Shown one piece after another: positions 24,111 to 37,915 of a stretch of 64,000 nucleotides of DNA. Each line of letters starts with the position of its first letter. Position 1 is the first letter of the stretch. Below the pieces are notes generated by a model that was not told where the DNA came from, did not search any database, and saw only the letters and a program-made list of their open reading frames with translations. The DNA is from Camelus ferus (Eukaryota). The position numbers were made by a program, and so were the translations under genes. The DNA lies in contig NC_045696.1 of NCBI RefSeq assembly GCF_009834535.1, forward strand, positions 20,462,001 to 20,526,000, written 5' to 3'.

Positions 24111-25059
24111 TTACATATATATTATACATATATAAAGTTTCTATCACCATAAATTCAATGAATTCTCCGTCACTAAATTTATCAAAAATCTCTGCACCTT
24201 TCAGATGTCATTGGCCTCCTAATTCTCCATGTCATTGTTTGCCTCCATCATGAGTTCCTTTTCTTCTGTGTATCCTTTAAGCAGCAATGTTCTCCATTTT
24301 CACCATTGGACCACTAAATTTTTTTAAAACATATTTCTCTTAGGTACTAATGTTATTTCCATTATCTGTATGACACTGACTCCGCTTAATCTCCTTTTCT
24401 TTATTTAACTGCACTGTTCCACACATAAATTAACTTTGAGAAACATAATGTTTTTATTGTCTTAGAGTCTACAAAATATAAAGCCAAATCACTTTGTTGT
24501 AAATGTAGAATTATTAAAAAACAAATCTGGCACCGACCATTAGCCCTAAATAAATTGACCCAATTTTCATGAGTGGCCTGATGAGGCATGTAATTTTTCT
24601 TCTTAGAAAGACAAAATCAGCTCCTAGTTTGTCTTTAAAATTTACATGAAATTTACCTGGAGGAACAGCCTTGTCCCATCATGGTCACATAAAATGCTCT
24701 TATTCATATTACCTAGCCTTAAAATAAGTCAGTAATGGGAACTTTGGCAAGCATGTCTGTGTTTGTAAGTTATGTGTATGCAGGGTGGTGGTGCTGAGAT
24801 GAGGGTGCTTAGTAAAGCCTCCTCCTTGTTAAGCAGGAGCCAGGAGCCTTCTGAAAGGAAACAGACATATGCCTGCTCACTGAGGGCCAAATTTAGGGAA
24901 TCTGGCTAAGATGAATTGCATGATCCTGATAAAATACCTTGCAGGAAGGCGCATCCCTGGAATAAAATTACTCCAAGGAGAAATCCAACTGGGATGAAAT
25001 TTTAGAATTGTGTAGTGATGAAATAATTTTCTCTGTAAAGTAGATCTCAGGCTCTGGGC

Positions 25060-25448
25060 ATGTTTCACAATAGCTCTTCCTCTCCCCTACTACTGTGCAG
25101 ATCTCAAGTCCTCACCATGAGCATCTGGCTGGGTTCCTGGAGGAAAGCTTGTGAAAGTCAGGGGGCATAAGCTGTTTCTCACTCTCATTCTAGTCCACAC
25201 TCAGCCTCCAGCAATTCATCAGAATTGCTAGTTAAGTGCTTCTCTCCATTCATGCCTCCAGCAGTTTTTGCTCCAATAAGCAGACCTTGGTTACCTGTCT
25301 CTCTAGATTTTGGGGAGATGGTTTGTCCCACAAGCTCAGGACACAGGGATGCAAGAAGAGTTGTCGATTTTTCAGTTTGGCTTCTTGTTGTAAGGATGAG
25401 AACAAGCACTTCCAATTTATTTACATGTTGGAGCTGAAACTGTAAGTC
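25060..25448 (-). mobile_element. Isolated L1MC/L1MD-type 5' UTR fragment
   Basis: Reverse complement (ATGTAAATAAATTGGAAG...ACAACAAG...ACTGAAAAATCGACAACTCTTCTTG) aligns with 15974-16080 in this window. Confidence 0.75.
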
Positions 25449-25654
25449 TCAGCTCCAGAGATCTACCTCCAGTTTTCAATGATAATTGTGGTAATCTTCA
25501 GTCCAAAGGTTAATGTGTAATTGTTTCTCGCTAACAAAACAGGGATCGGTGATACTGTTTCCTTTGCAAGATACTAGTAAGTTTATGATGATTCATAGAC
25601 ATATAGGACATACAGGGCTTAGATGGGCTTCTTACAACTATCAGTGTTTTTTTG

Positions 25655-25656
<2 letters not shown>

Positions 25657-25696
<40 letters not shown>
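25657..25696. repeat. (GT)n microsatellite
   Basis: Directly visible. Confidence 0.97.
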
Positions 25697-25697
<1 letters not shown>

Positions 25698-27944
25698 ACT
25701 AGCAAAAGTATAGGCTCACGTAGAATGGGATTTTAATTTTTTTCCTTAGAATTATTTTCTTAGTTTCCAAAGAGTATGTCCAACTACTCAGCACAGGTAG
25801 TTAGAACCTATAAATGTTTAAAAAAATAGGTATACATTATTTTATGAATGTAAAATGAAGAGACTAGTTAGAATGCCCTGAGAGAATTATAGCCCTAATG
25901 GAAAATCGGGTCAACGCAAACGTGGGACATCAAGATGAGCTCCTTAGGCTCATCTAGAAAGTGCTGCAGCAGCAAACAGCCTCCAGTCTCAGGGCGCACA
26001 TGACACAGGTTAAATTATTTTTTTGCAAAATTTTCATTCACATTTTAGCTAGTGGCTGTTTCCTGTCATCCTCATTTAAGGATACAGGCTACCAGAGCCC
26101 CAACACTGGGGATGTATCAGTCTCTCCAGGGTAGAGGAAATGGACAGGGCTAAACTGGGTATTAGATGAAAGTTTCTTCCTATAAATTATACACTTTCCT
26201 TCTGCTCACATTTTATTGCTCTGAAAGGGAGAAACTTTAAAACTTCTCTCTCATATACTACAAAATAGTGCATATATAATATCTTTATGTTAAATAGTTC
26301 AGCAGAAAATATTTCAGTAGAAGATCTGACTAAAATGTATACTAATTTTTTCCTTTGTAATATTTATGTAGAGCAAAGAACTTGGCAAGTTTATTTCCTC
26401 AAATATGTCTGAATATCTATGTGAAAAATGAAACAAAGTAAGAGACCAATATGTCTATTTACCATGAGCCTCTGTTCCTACAAACTGGGGTAAGTAATTT
26501 ACCATAGTTTGACTTCCAATCACTGTAACTGCCATGAGACATGACCATTATCATAATTTTATAGTTTTTAAGTAACCTGGCAAAATTATACAGTATTTAA
26601 AATGCAGGAACATAATGGGGTTCCAAGATCTTTTTCAAATGGCCTTGCTAGTGATGTTAAAATGGGGTGGGAGTATATTCATAAAAGTAAAGTGTTTCTA
26701 GAATTTTCTCTTGGTTTTGTCCATTTAGTGGGCACTAGATATAGAGCTGAGAAAAGATACTTTTCTTTTTCCAAAAAAGCTGTCCTTGAAGAATATTAAA
26801 GATTATCCAGTCCATCTCCCCTGGTTTATGAGACTGGAGGATAAGCTGGAAAGATTTAAAACTTCTTAATTTTCCATACCATATCCACTTCAAGTAAGTT
26901 TTAAGCATGTGCAGGTGACTGCTTTGGGCCAGACTTAAGGAGCAATTCTGCAAAGTGGTATCAATTATTTTCAAAATAGTTTGATTAATTTACATTTTCA
27001 GTAAATAAACTATGTATGTATATATGGGTATGCTATATATATATAAATATGTATATATGTGTGTGTGTTTACAAATATATACCGTTAAAATTACTGACAT
27101 TTAGGCCTATTGTTACTAAACGTCAGGTAGTTTTATAATTTGAATAATCTCTGGGCCACACACACATGCAAACACACACACACATTCCAACATTATAAAT
27201 ATGGGGAAAAAACACTTCTCAAAAGCAATATTTGAAAAAGGGGTGTATTCTACATTACATCACCGAAGTGAGTGCACTTACTGTTTCATATTGGGTTATA
27301 TGAACAAGAACCACACTCAGTTCTGGATAATTTGCTTCTACAAGCTAATTTAATGAAAATACGTTTATTCTGCCCCATTTTAATAGTGTTTCTGTGTTCC
27401 AAGTAGCTGAAGGCATCTATAATCACACTAAAAAACACTGGAAGATCCTTAATGCGAGCAAATACATTCTTCTTGGTCACAGGTAAGACATATTCAAATA
27501 TCTAAAATTTGGGGGCAGAAGGCTCACAGTTTTAGCTCACACAAGCATTATGGAAGGCTGATCACTTGCCAATTTGTTTCATTTAAATGAGAATTTAGAC
27601 ATTAAGATGTAGTATCTCTTTTAAAATATTGCATTTAATTTGATAGTAATATTGAAATAGATATGAGAATGCAATGTATCTAATAAGGATAGCTTAATGA
27701 AGTCAATCTGACCTAAATTTACCAGTATTTAATTATGTGGTATGAGCAACAGAAACTATGCATTAAAGGAATCTGAAGTGCTATATGATAAATAATAGTA
27801 ACTGTTTAAAAAGAACACGTGATTATCTAGGGAATAAGCACCCTTAAATTTTGGAAAAAAAATTGAATATGTAATAAACTCTAGAACATTTTGAAATGGG
27901 ACAGCCATTATTTTTAAAAGGCTAGTCTTAGAAAGTTGATGTAT

Positions 27945-29940
27945 AAGTAAATTTGAGATGATTATAGATTCACATTCAGTTATAAGAAATAAATACAGAG
28001 AGATCTTGTACCTTTTACCCAATTTCCCCCAATGGTAACATTTTGCAAAATTGCAGAATTATAATACTGTATCTAGAGTCACAATATTGATGCAACCAAG
28101 GTGCACAATAACTCTAATCCCTAGAGTAGTCCTGCCACAGCTACGCCTCCCGCCTCCCGCCTCCCATCCTTGACACCCACCAATCTGTTCTCTATTTCTA
28201 CGATTTGTCATTTTAAGAATGTTGTGTGTGTGAAATGATATGTAATCTTTTCAGATCAGCTTCTCCATGTAATTTCTTGACTGATCCAGTTTGTGAGTAT
28301 TGATAGTTGACTCATGTTTGTTCCTGAGTAGTATTCCAAGGTATGGATGAACCACAGTTTGCTGAACCACTCACCAATTGAAGGACATCTGGATGGTCTC
28401 CTGGTTTTTGCTATTTTGAATAAAGCTTTATTTGTGTATTGGTAAACATTTACGTACAGGGTTTTATGTGAACATAGGTTTTATTTCTCTTGGATAAATT
28501 CCCAGAAATTGAATTACTGGGTCCTACGGCAACTGCATGTTACATTTTACAAGAAACTGCCAAGCTGTGTTCTCTTGGAGACTTTTTTAAACCATTTCCT
28601 GTGCACACCTATCTTCCAAGAAAGACTTACTTGATTCTAACCAATATGCTTTTTCTTCTTGTCTTATTGCACTGTCTCAGATTTCCAGTAAAATTCTGTG
28701 TGAGAAAGGACATTCTTGTCTTGTCTGTAACACTGTAGAAGAAGCAATCAGTGTTAAAAGATGAATCAGCTGTAGCTTCTTCGTAGATGCTTTTATGAAG
28801 TGGAGAAAGTTTTTGCATTTTAGATTTCATCAAGTGTTTTTTCTGTATCAATTTAAATGATCATATGATTTTACACCCTTAATCTGTTAATATAGCATAT
28901 TAATTATTACATGGTTAACCAAGCACACAATCCTGGGATATATCTTACTTGATCATGGAGTGTTACCCTTTTAAATATTGGATTGTATTTGCTAACATTG
29001 TGCTAAGGATTTCTATATGTGTCTACATGAAGGGCATTGTTCTATTGTGTGTGTGTGTTTCCTGATACTCAGGGCAGGCTCATGGTTAGAGTGGAGAGGT
29101 TGCTCAATTCTCCTGCTTCAGTCTTAGATTTAGGCAAGGCTTGGGTACAGAAACCTCAGGGGTGAGGCTTTCTCAGCAGTCCTGACTCTCTTGGTGTGAC
29201 AATCAACCTTTCCTCTACTCGGTACAGGGGTTAGGCCAGGTGTTTCTTGCCTCTCCTCCAGTGGCAGAGGTGTTTTGTCTCAACTCAGTGTCCTGGAGGT
29301 GAACACATTTCCTGTCCCTCTTCCAGCAGCAGAGGCTCTTGCCTTGTATCAGAACAGTTTCTGGTACACAGACATATTGTCTGTTTTTCTCCCTGTCATA
29401 GTCCACCACTACATTGTTGAACTTACACTGGTTTCAGTGTGCAAAGAGTTTTCTCTAGGTTCTGCTGATTCCCCCTTTGGCAATCCCTGCACACCTACAC
29501 TGCAGAGGGGCTTTAACCTCAGGGATTTTGCCCTGCCAGTAATCTCCCTTGTGAATCCTTGGTGGAGAACTATAGAAATGAGTTGGAGGATGGCTGCTGA
29601 CTTTCCGTGTTCTCTAGTGCTTCCTGAGATTGTAAACTCTCATGCTAGCCTAGACTTTTAAGAACTTGTTAAAATTTCAGCTGCTTTATTTCCTGCTTCA
29701 ATGATGGACACCTCTTCTCCCTCAATATCTGCCTAATTAAGCCAGTTCATTTGCCCTGTCTCTCCACCCTTCTTCTTTGAGTCATCACCTTTACTCTTTG
29801 GATTAAATTTCACCAGGTGGCCTTGAAATTGGAAGTCATCTGATGAGCTTAAAAAATATTTTGTAGGCTACTGAGCTTATTTACCATTTTAGAGATGACA
29901 TAATATTCTTTTGCTTTGTACATGATAATAGGAAGTAGAA
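27945..29940 (-). mobile_element. Old LINE-1 (L1MD/MC-type), fragmented: 3' UTR, short ORF2 remnants, 5' UTR-like part
   Basis: Antisense 3' end (TATAGATTCACA...TTTCCCCCAATGGTAACATTTTGCAAAA, TTGAAGGACATCTGG). ORF 28627-28851(-) has decayed ORF2 words. 29070-29940 resembles an old L1 5' UTR. Confidence 0.72.
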
Positions 29941-31577
29941 GGCCAAGCATGCATTCTATGATTTTTATTTCAGGCATTTCCAGACACAATGACCAGTATT
30001 TTCTTAGGAGATGTGGATTTATCATTTCCATAGGCTAGTAAAGCATTCTCTTTGAAATGAAATGTGTATATATACACACACAAATATATATTCATTTTTG
30101 TTTTTTCAGCCTATAGCGTAAGGTGGGCCCCTTCATGATTACCATCTGTCAGGTATCAAGTTCAAGGTCAATTCCACAACTTTATGCTGAACACAGTAAG
30201 AAGCAGGCTGCACTGAGGAAAACAAGAACTCACAAAAACAGGGTCAGCAAGAGACTTCACTGGGCCTTCATCTTCCAATTGTCCCCCAGAAATAGGTCCT
30301 TGGCTAATGTTGTCTACTGGGTTTGCAGTGTGGGTTCATGTTCCTGTGGGGATACTGTTTCCCTCCAAATTTCCTTTTATAGAAAGTGATGAGAAAGCAG
30401 AAATTCAGTGAAAAAATATCCAGGCAAGTTTGAATTTGGTGTCTTATCTGAATTCACTAATCATAAATTTCTGTTCATTAATTTGACAACTTTTCTTCTT
30501 CCAATATGACTGCTTCTCACCACCCTGCAGAATAAGGCCCAGTCAGTAATAAGCATTGCATCCTGTGTAAAATTAACTGCTAACAAATACATGCACATGT
30601 GCTTGTATGTGTGGTACATGGATTAATCTTAACTTAGAATCTACTGCATACACACATTCACAAGCACACATATCTGGAAGGAAAATTGGTCAGAGACTCT
30701 TTTAGAGATTATAAAAACAGAACATATCAGGAACAACATTAAATTTAATAAGATAATTATCTATACCAGAAGGTTATACATGAGATCTTCATATAAGGAA
30801 ACTCTGTATGTTGCATCAAGATAACCCTAGTTGGTGTTTAGGTGCTTAAATGGAATTGTTTTGGAGAATTTTCTTTTTATTTTGTATCCTTGTTTTATTT
30901 CTCCATTACAATGATTTTTATAGTGAACATGCCTGCTTGTAAAGTAATTTTAGCAAATGTTTAAAAGTATCTTCCAGGCTGAGTGTATTAAGTTTTATAT
31001 AAGCAGTGTTTTTGATGTTCCGCTTTATTGCAACTATGTCCATGGACCCTACAGTGTTTATATAAGCTGCAGGCTACTGCCATCATCTTTAGAGCATCTA
31101 GCCAACTGCTTTTATGTCTTTAAGAAACTCTAACAGTTAAAACAACATTGGCAATAAGCACATCAGGAAATAAAGATACATTTCAGGAATGGACTTCCCT
31201 AAAACTCTGCCAACTGATGGTTGAATGGCCCATAAGTGCTTTTGTAGCTTTAGCAGATAATCAAGAATGGGGTTTCTGTTCGGATTTTTATTCTCACAAG
31301 GAGGTTATTTTCACTTACAGAAGAGAATATGTTTTGATAAAACCATATGTGTGATGGTTTGACTGGGTCAATTTTTATGGCAGTATTTGGACTTTGATTC
31401 TTTTTGGAAGTAGAAGGAAATGCCTGGTTAACTTGAATGGCTCCTAATTTAGTTAACAATATGATTGGTTTTATGGATTATTCCTCCTAGAATTCACATG
31501 AAATCAAAGCAATATGCATGTTCTATATATTTCTTTCCTCTTGTCTGCCAAACCTTTAAAATCAATAGTGTTATGCA

Positions 31578-31682
31578 GGGTTGGGGGGTTGTGGCTCAGT
31601 GGTAAAGCTTGTGCTTAGCATGCATGAAATTCTGGTTTCATTTCCAAGTACTTCCATTAACAAAAAATTAAAATTAAAAAAA
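31578..31682 (+). mobile_element. tRNA-derived camelid SINE, short and more diverged variant
   Basis: GTGGCTCAGTGGTAAAGCTTGTGCTTAGCATGCATGAAATTCTGGTTTCATTTCCAAGTACTTCC plus A tail. TSD AATAGTGTTATGCA (31564-31577) / AATAGCATTATGCA (31683-31696). Confidence 0.88.
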
Positions 31683-32984
31683 AATAGCATTATGCAATCT
31701 TCAATTCAAAATAATGAAAATATTCTAACTTAGAAAATGAACATTTTTGGAATTTTAAAATGTGTGAACACAATAAAATAACAATATCCTGGGCACCCAA
31801 TTCAAGTTGAGAAGGCTGGAGCAGGAGGAAATTGTAACTGGTTTCGTTCTCTGATCCTCTGCATTTACTGCACATTTTTTGTGAACTTTACTCGTATTCA
31901 TGTTCAATTTTACAATTGGAACAGAATTAAGACAGTGAGAATTAGAACCCTGTCTTTCCATAATTTACATTTAGATTTCATCTCAATAACACAAATTTAG
32001 AAAACTTTGTATCTGAGGAATATCCCAGATCCAAACTGCAACCTACTCTTGACGATGGGACCTAAAAAGGACAATAAGTGAATGATTAGACTGAAAAAAA
32101 AAAAGAGGAGTATTATGCTGTGCACAATTATTTGTCAGCCTTTAATTAATGGCTTCCAAATATTTATAAATTTTAAGATGGAATATTCTGTTTACCATCA
32201 TGTTATACTATAAATATGATTCCTATAATTTGGGTGGCCAAGAATCAGAACATAGATTAAATAAAATTAAAGACATGATGAAATATAAACCTTGACTAAT
32301 GGGTAATAGAAATCAATATTTCTAATGTAAATGTTATATACATAAAATACAATTATTATTGAGGAATTTCAATATAATTGATTAATAGTAGAGATATATG
32401 GTAGTAGGTCAAAAGATTTATTTTAAAATTACTTCTATCATGAAGATAAAGATAAATGTAGTCCAGAACTGTGTATTTCTATTTAGCTTTGTATACATGG
32501 TGTTCTCTCACGACATTTAGTGAGGACACACACAAAAAAGGGGCTTTTAATATTCATCATATACTAAAAGATAATTTTTATAACTTTGAAGTCAGATGCA
32601 GGGGACAATTTTAACAAAAGAAAATGACAGAATGAGCACAAATAAAGGAGATTTGACAGATTTGATAAGAGAAAAAGGTAAATATTTGAACATGGTACTA
32701 TTTTCTTTACTCTTTGATAAATATTACTGCATAATCAGGACTGTAATGCTTCAAACTTCATTGAATTTTTCAATGTCAGTTTTCTCTAATCTTTTAGAAG
32801 TAAAAAAAGCAATGAAATCAAGTGATATAGATAAATGGTTAATTCATTAGAAAAATATATATTGAAAACCCAGTCTTTACCATGCTTTGCATTAGGTATC
32901 GGAAATATAGCTATGATTAAATTCCAGGCTTCAAAAAGTTCAGTCAAGAATAACAACAACAACAACAATAAAACACAAGACTTT

Positions 32985-33222
32985 GTGTGTGTGTGGTTTT
33001 TTTACTCTCTATTGAACATTTTTTTTAACATCTTTATTGTGGTATGATTCCTGTACAGTAAACTAAACATATTTCAGATGTATAATTTGATGAATTTTGA
33101 TATCTGGTTACTAGCGGGTAAACAGGGTGGGAAGAAATCAATCGGGAATTCAGAATTTGCACCTCTTGGGGAGTGATGGAAGTGTTAGCTATCTTGATTG
33201 TGGTGGTGGTTTCACTGGTATC
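32985..33222 (-). mobile_element. Short L1 3'-end insertion with 5' inversion and chimeric 3' UTR
   Basis: 15-bp TSD AAAACA(C/T)AAGACTTT (32970-32984; 33223-33237). Antisense L1 terminus with polyA signal (TTTATT ~33034) up to ~33103, then a sense-oriented upstream 3' UTR segment at 33105-33221. Confidence 0.8.
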
Positions 33223-33871
33223 AAAACATAAGACTTTTGAATGCTAAGAAATATATATGAACATTGCATAAATTATATTAGTTGGCTCTCAAAGTAGTCC
33301 TGTGAGAAGATGCCATCAATATATCCATTTTAGAGGCAAGCTCCCTTCACTGTTGAAAGTTAGTAATTTATAGAGCTAGAATGCATAACTAGAGGAACTT
33401 AGTCTCTTCAAAATATCTCCCTAGAGAATCATGATGATTCAACAACCTAGTGTTCTAAGCTAGGGTTTTAAAGTATATTTTTACTTGAAATTCTCCTCAG
33501 TAAATCTCAATGACAATTAAGTTTCCCTGTTTGGAAATATGGAGTCAGATTGTCCAAGCCTCAAGATTTTTTAAATGCCTGCAATCAAAATTAGGGAGGC
33601 AGAAGACTACATAAAAACTGGAAAGTTTGATGCAAAAAAAAAATAGATTAGTCATATACAAAGTTAAAAATGTGTACAAAAAAAGTGGAAGAGACACGTG
33701 AAGGATGAAGGTTTATTGGAGAAAGCCTTAAATCAGGGAATTATAGGGTGATGGCAATCCCCATGAACCAAATTATCTATTGCACAGCTTGGACTGGGCA
33801 TGGCTAGTCTGACTTTACGATGGCTAATCTTTTGTCAGAGCTTGACTTCATACCCATAATGCTCAAAATGG

Positions 33872-34086
33872 TTTCCTTCCTTCCTTTCTTATTTCCTTCC
33901 TTCCTTCCTTCCTTCCTTCCTTCCTTCCTTCCTTCCTTTTAAAAAATTTTATACAATATTTGAACATTACATTACATTTGTAGTTACTACAAAATATTGG
34001 GTCTATTCCCCATGTTGTATGATACACCCTTGCAGCCTATCTACACTCTTGCCATCTATCTTACACCCAATAGTTTGTACTTACCA
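33872..34086 (-). mobile_element. Short L1 3' end with (CCTT)n tail microsatellite
   Basis: (TTCC)n run, then TACAAAATATTGGGTCTATTCCCCATGTTGTA...ACACCCAATAGTTTGTAC. AATGGTTT occurs on both flanks as a possible TSD. Confidence 0.75.
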
Positions 34087-34313
34087 ATGGTTTTAGGGTC
34101 AGGAGTATTGGAAATATCTGTGCAGCTTCATCTAAGAGGTCTTCAGCTTTGTTGTTGTTTTTTCTTTCAGTTGAGCTACCTTGGACCTTCTGAGCCAGCT
34201 GCTGAGCTAAAAAAAAGGCAGAGGAAGTGAGCCTCCAGGTAGCTGAGGTTTGTCTGTCCTCAGCTCAATGAGTTACCTCCACTTTCTCAAGCCAGACAGC
34301 TAAGGAAGGGCAG

Positions 34314-34324
34314 ATATATATGTA

Positions 34325-34355
<31 letters not shown>

Positions 34356-34414
34356 ATAAATTGATATAACTTTATTTAAAATGGATATATTGATGGCGTC
34401 TTATACTATATATA

Positions 34415-34452
<38 letters not shown>
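34314..34452. repeat. Two (TA)/(TG)n microsatellites ~55 bp apart
   Basis: Directly visible. Confidence 0.93.
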
Positions 34453-34454
<2 letters not shown>

Positions 34455-34819
34455 TTCTCCCTTTCTAAGCTCTTTATTTATCCTCAATTTCATTTAATGT
34501 CATGATCATCCCTTCAGTCGCCCATACGAGCTTCTAAATCATTTCTCTTTTATTTCTCATTTAGAACTGGCCAGTTTCTAAATATGTCAAGTCTATTCTT
34601 CTCTGTCACTATCATTTGTTTCTACCTTAGTTCATATTCTTATCACTTTCCTCCAATAACTGAGATAATCACCTAAATGATTTTTCTGCCCTATCCCACT
34701 TTTTGCTCACAATTTTTTAAACCATTACTAATGTACTTCTTTAAAAAATGAAGAACTTGAAGTAGTTTATTAAAATTATTTATCCGAGCATCTATTACAG
34801 AAGGGTTTAACTAACACCC

Positions 34820-35235
34820 CGCAAACACCCTGAAGTGAACATGTGAAGGCATGTTTGAGGAAAGGAAGGAAGCTAGTGTGGCTTGAAAGGTGTGAGCAGA
34901 TGGAGAAGTAGTAAGAGCACCTGTCAAAGAGATAATGGGGGTAGAATCTTTGGTTGAAAGGATTAGGTTTAACTGTGGTTTAACTGTGGATCCTTAAAGC
35001 AGAGGAGTGACATACTGAAATTTGTTTCATAAGGATCATTCTGCATTCTGCAATTTGCAAACAGACAACATTGGAACAAGTTCAGGAGCAAATAGACAAT
35101 ATAAGAACAGGTTCAGGAGCAGAAAAACAATTCAGGGGACACTTACAATAATAGAGCTGAGAGGTGATGGTGGCTTGGCCAAAATTAAATGGTGGTGGTG
35201 GAGATGGGGACAAGAGACAATTTTCTTGTATTTTA
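34820..35235 (-). mobile_element. L2 remnant
   Basis: GGCATGTTTGAGGAAAGGAAGGAAGCTAGTGTGGCTTGA, AAGCAGAGGAGTGACAT, GAGAGGTGATGGTGGCTTGG. Confidence 0.7.
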
Positions 35236-35843
35236 AAATAAATATCTAAGAAAATAGGAGCAAAAATCTATATCTTTCTTGAAATCAGACAAAATTAAAG
35301 TGCTGTTTGTCTGTGAGACATGGCAATAAGAGAAGTGGCCAGGCTCATCCTTCTGGTCAATAATGTTGAAAATGCTGAGTGAGAGGGGTCAAGTTTGTAT
35401 TAGCTTAGAGATTGCGAGCATCATTTTACAAATTATGCATATTCTAATGTTTCTGTAGACCAATAAGCCTACTTTACCATGAAAGGTTACTGAATAAAAT
35501 AAAATGTCACTCCCTTCAATCATTCTTATTAATGGTCTGATGGTTTCTCCCCTCTTGACTCTCTTTTGCAGGAACAATGAATGCACTGATTGACAATAGG
35601 TAGGGATGAAAGTGGCAAAGCTGTTAAGAAAAATTGGTATAATTCTCACAGATTTATTCTATAATACATTTTAACTCAGACATTGTGGAAAGGCTAGAAT
35701 ATCCCATCTTTAATGTTACTTCTTTACCTTAATAGAATGTGTATGTGTTGGGAAGAAGGGGCAATGTCTAGAGTCCTCTAACGGATTTTTGAGGTCTTCA
35801 GGAAATGCTGACAAATATTAATATTTTGAATTGCCCATTTGCT

Positions 35844-36356
35844 TGATTGATGGCTAATTTTATATGTCAACTTGACTGGCCATGGGCTGCCCAGATAAAC
35901 ATTCGTTTCTGGTTGTGTGTCTGAAAGTATCTCTGAAAGAGAACAGCATTTGAATTGATGGATGCCATAACATAGACTGCTCTCTCCAGTGTGGGTGGAT
36001 AAAGTCCAATTCCTCGAGAGCCTGAATAGAACAAAAGATGGAAGAAGGAGGAATTTGCCCCCACTTCTTCGTGCATCACTGTTGGATCTGGGACAGCACA
36101 TCTCATCCCCTACCCTTCAACTGGGATTTAAACCCTTGGCTACCCTGGTTCTCAGACCTTTGGACATGAAATGAATTACAGCTCTGGTTTTCCTGAGTCC
36201 CTACCTTTTAAGTGACAGACTGCAAATTATGGAAATTTTCAATCTCCACAATCACATGAGCCAATTCATTTTAATGCCTCCTATTTTTACACACATGCAC
36301 ACACATCCTCATTCATTCTATTGGTTCTGTTGCTCTGGAGACCCCCGACTAATACA
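35844..36356 (+). mobile_element. MLT2 (ERVL) solo LTR
   Basis: Start TGATGGCTAATTTTATATGTCAACTTGACTGG, internal CCTGAATAGAACAAAAG and AATCACATGAGCCAATTC, end CTATTGGTTCTGTTGCTCTGGAGACCCCCGACTAATACA. Confidence 0.9.
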
Positions 36357-37915
36357 TTTTGCACCCTTGGACTTTTTATCCCAGAGTGAGGTAACAGTGA
36401 AGTATCACAATGGGTAAAAGATAGGCATGATTTTTTTTTTTTTGGTAAATGGAAAATGATGATTATGAAAGAAGAGATCAAAAGAAAGACTGACATTATG
36501 CTTTAAGTCAGGCACATTGTTTTTCCACCTTTCCTAGCATTCTGTATGCCTGCTGACTCCATGAAGATCTTTAGGGATTCAATAATATCTGAATCTTTGT
36601 ATACTGCTGCCCTAGGAAGTATGAGATACATTTTGTAAAGCAACATATAGTTTTTTAAGAAGGCAACAGAGACAAATATATTTTAAAAATTAACAAAATG
36701 AATTGTTAGGGGACTATAGTTTATTAATCTGCAAAAGAAAACCTACATGCATTTCTGGATAAGCAGACTGAGAAGAAGAAAACATCTCTAGCGTTTCTAG
36801 CATAAATTTTAATATCTATCAGTTTCAGGAACCAATCTATAGGGAAAACACAGCCAAGCTTTGAAGAAAGCATCACAATACTGAAAAATATTTCTACAAT
36901 TTAACTTAGGAAACATTTATTCATTCCCTGAACCAGTGCTTCCTTTAATGAGACACAGACTTATAAAAAAGTAGGCACCAAGTAGTAATAGATTTTAGGA
37001 AGAAAATTCACTGAAATCATCTTACCCTTCTATAAACTCTGACTTGGAGAAAAAATATGCATCACACTATAATAAAATAAATTTTAGTTTATTTGTATCA
37101 ACATATATTTCTCTATGGGCCTTCATTTGAATGCTGTTCAATAATCTAGGTGAATTAAAATCAAATGCATCATTAATATTTATATTTTGCAACAATTTGT
37201 TACATGTTTCTTTCACTAAAGTTAATCCACATAAGTTGCTCTCAAAATTAATATTTAAAGTGCATTTACTTGAACAAAATATATAGTATTAAGAATTTTT
37301 TGGTCATATTAATTTAATATTGTTACTATATGTTGTTACATAAGATGTTTCAAACATATCAAATCTTTGGATTATAGTCTTAATCTGCTAATTATTTAAT
37401 ATGATTCAGTTTCATAATAATTATACATAACCTCCTCTTCCTAATTTAATTCATTCATAGGTGTTTGTATCATCATGACTTTCCTTACTGAGGTAAAGTA
37501 TTTCTATAATGAAGCAAATCATTTTAACTCTTAAAGTCTTATTTGGTTGTTTTTTGCATTGCCACTGCAATGGAGAAAACTTATGCACAATATACACTGA
37601 ATGTCTTTACAGGAATAAAGCACATAACACTAGTGACCTATCAAGCCCAACTCATTACTGTACAGTCAGAGAGACATATCAGATCATTTTGCATTCTTCA
37701 GGATATCAGCACCAGACATGACTTCTACTTAATAATTATGGCTGGTGTCATGACAGAGTGGTGAGTGTGATACACAGGAACCTCAAGAGAAGGCTACACT
37801 GATACTGTGTGAGGCTAAATGAAAAAAAAAAAATCAGTTGACTCGGATAGAGCACCCAAATTCTCAGACTTGGCAAAAAGACAAATCTATGCACTTTGCA
37901 GTAGAGTTGATTTCT

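Noticed and set aside
29275..29661. 128-aa ORF
   Set aside because: Lies antisense within an old L1 5' region, has a non-ATG start and no recognisable homology.
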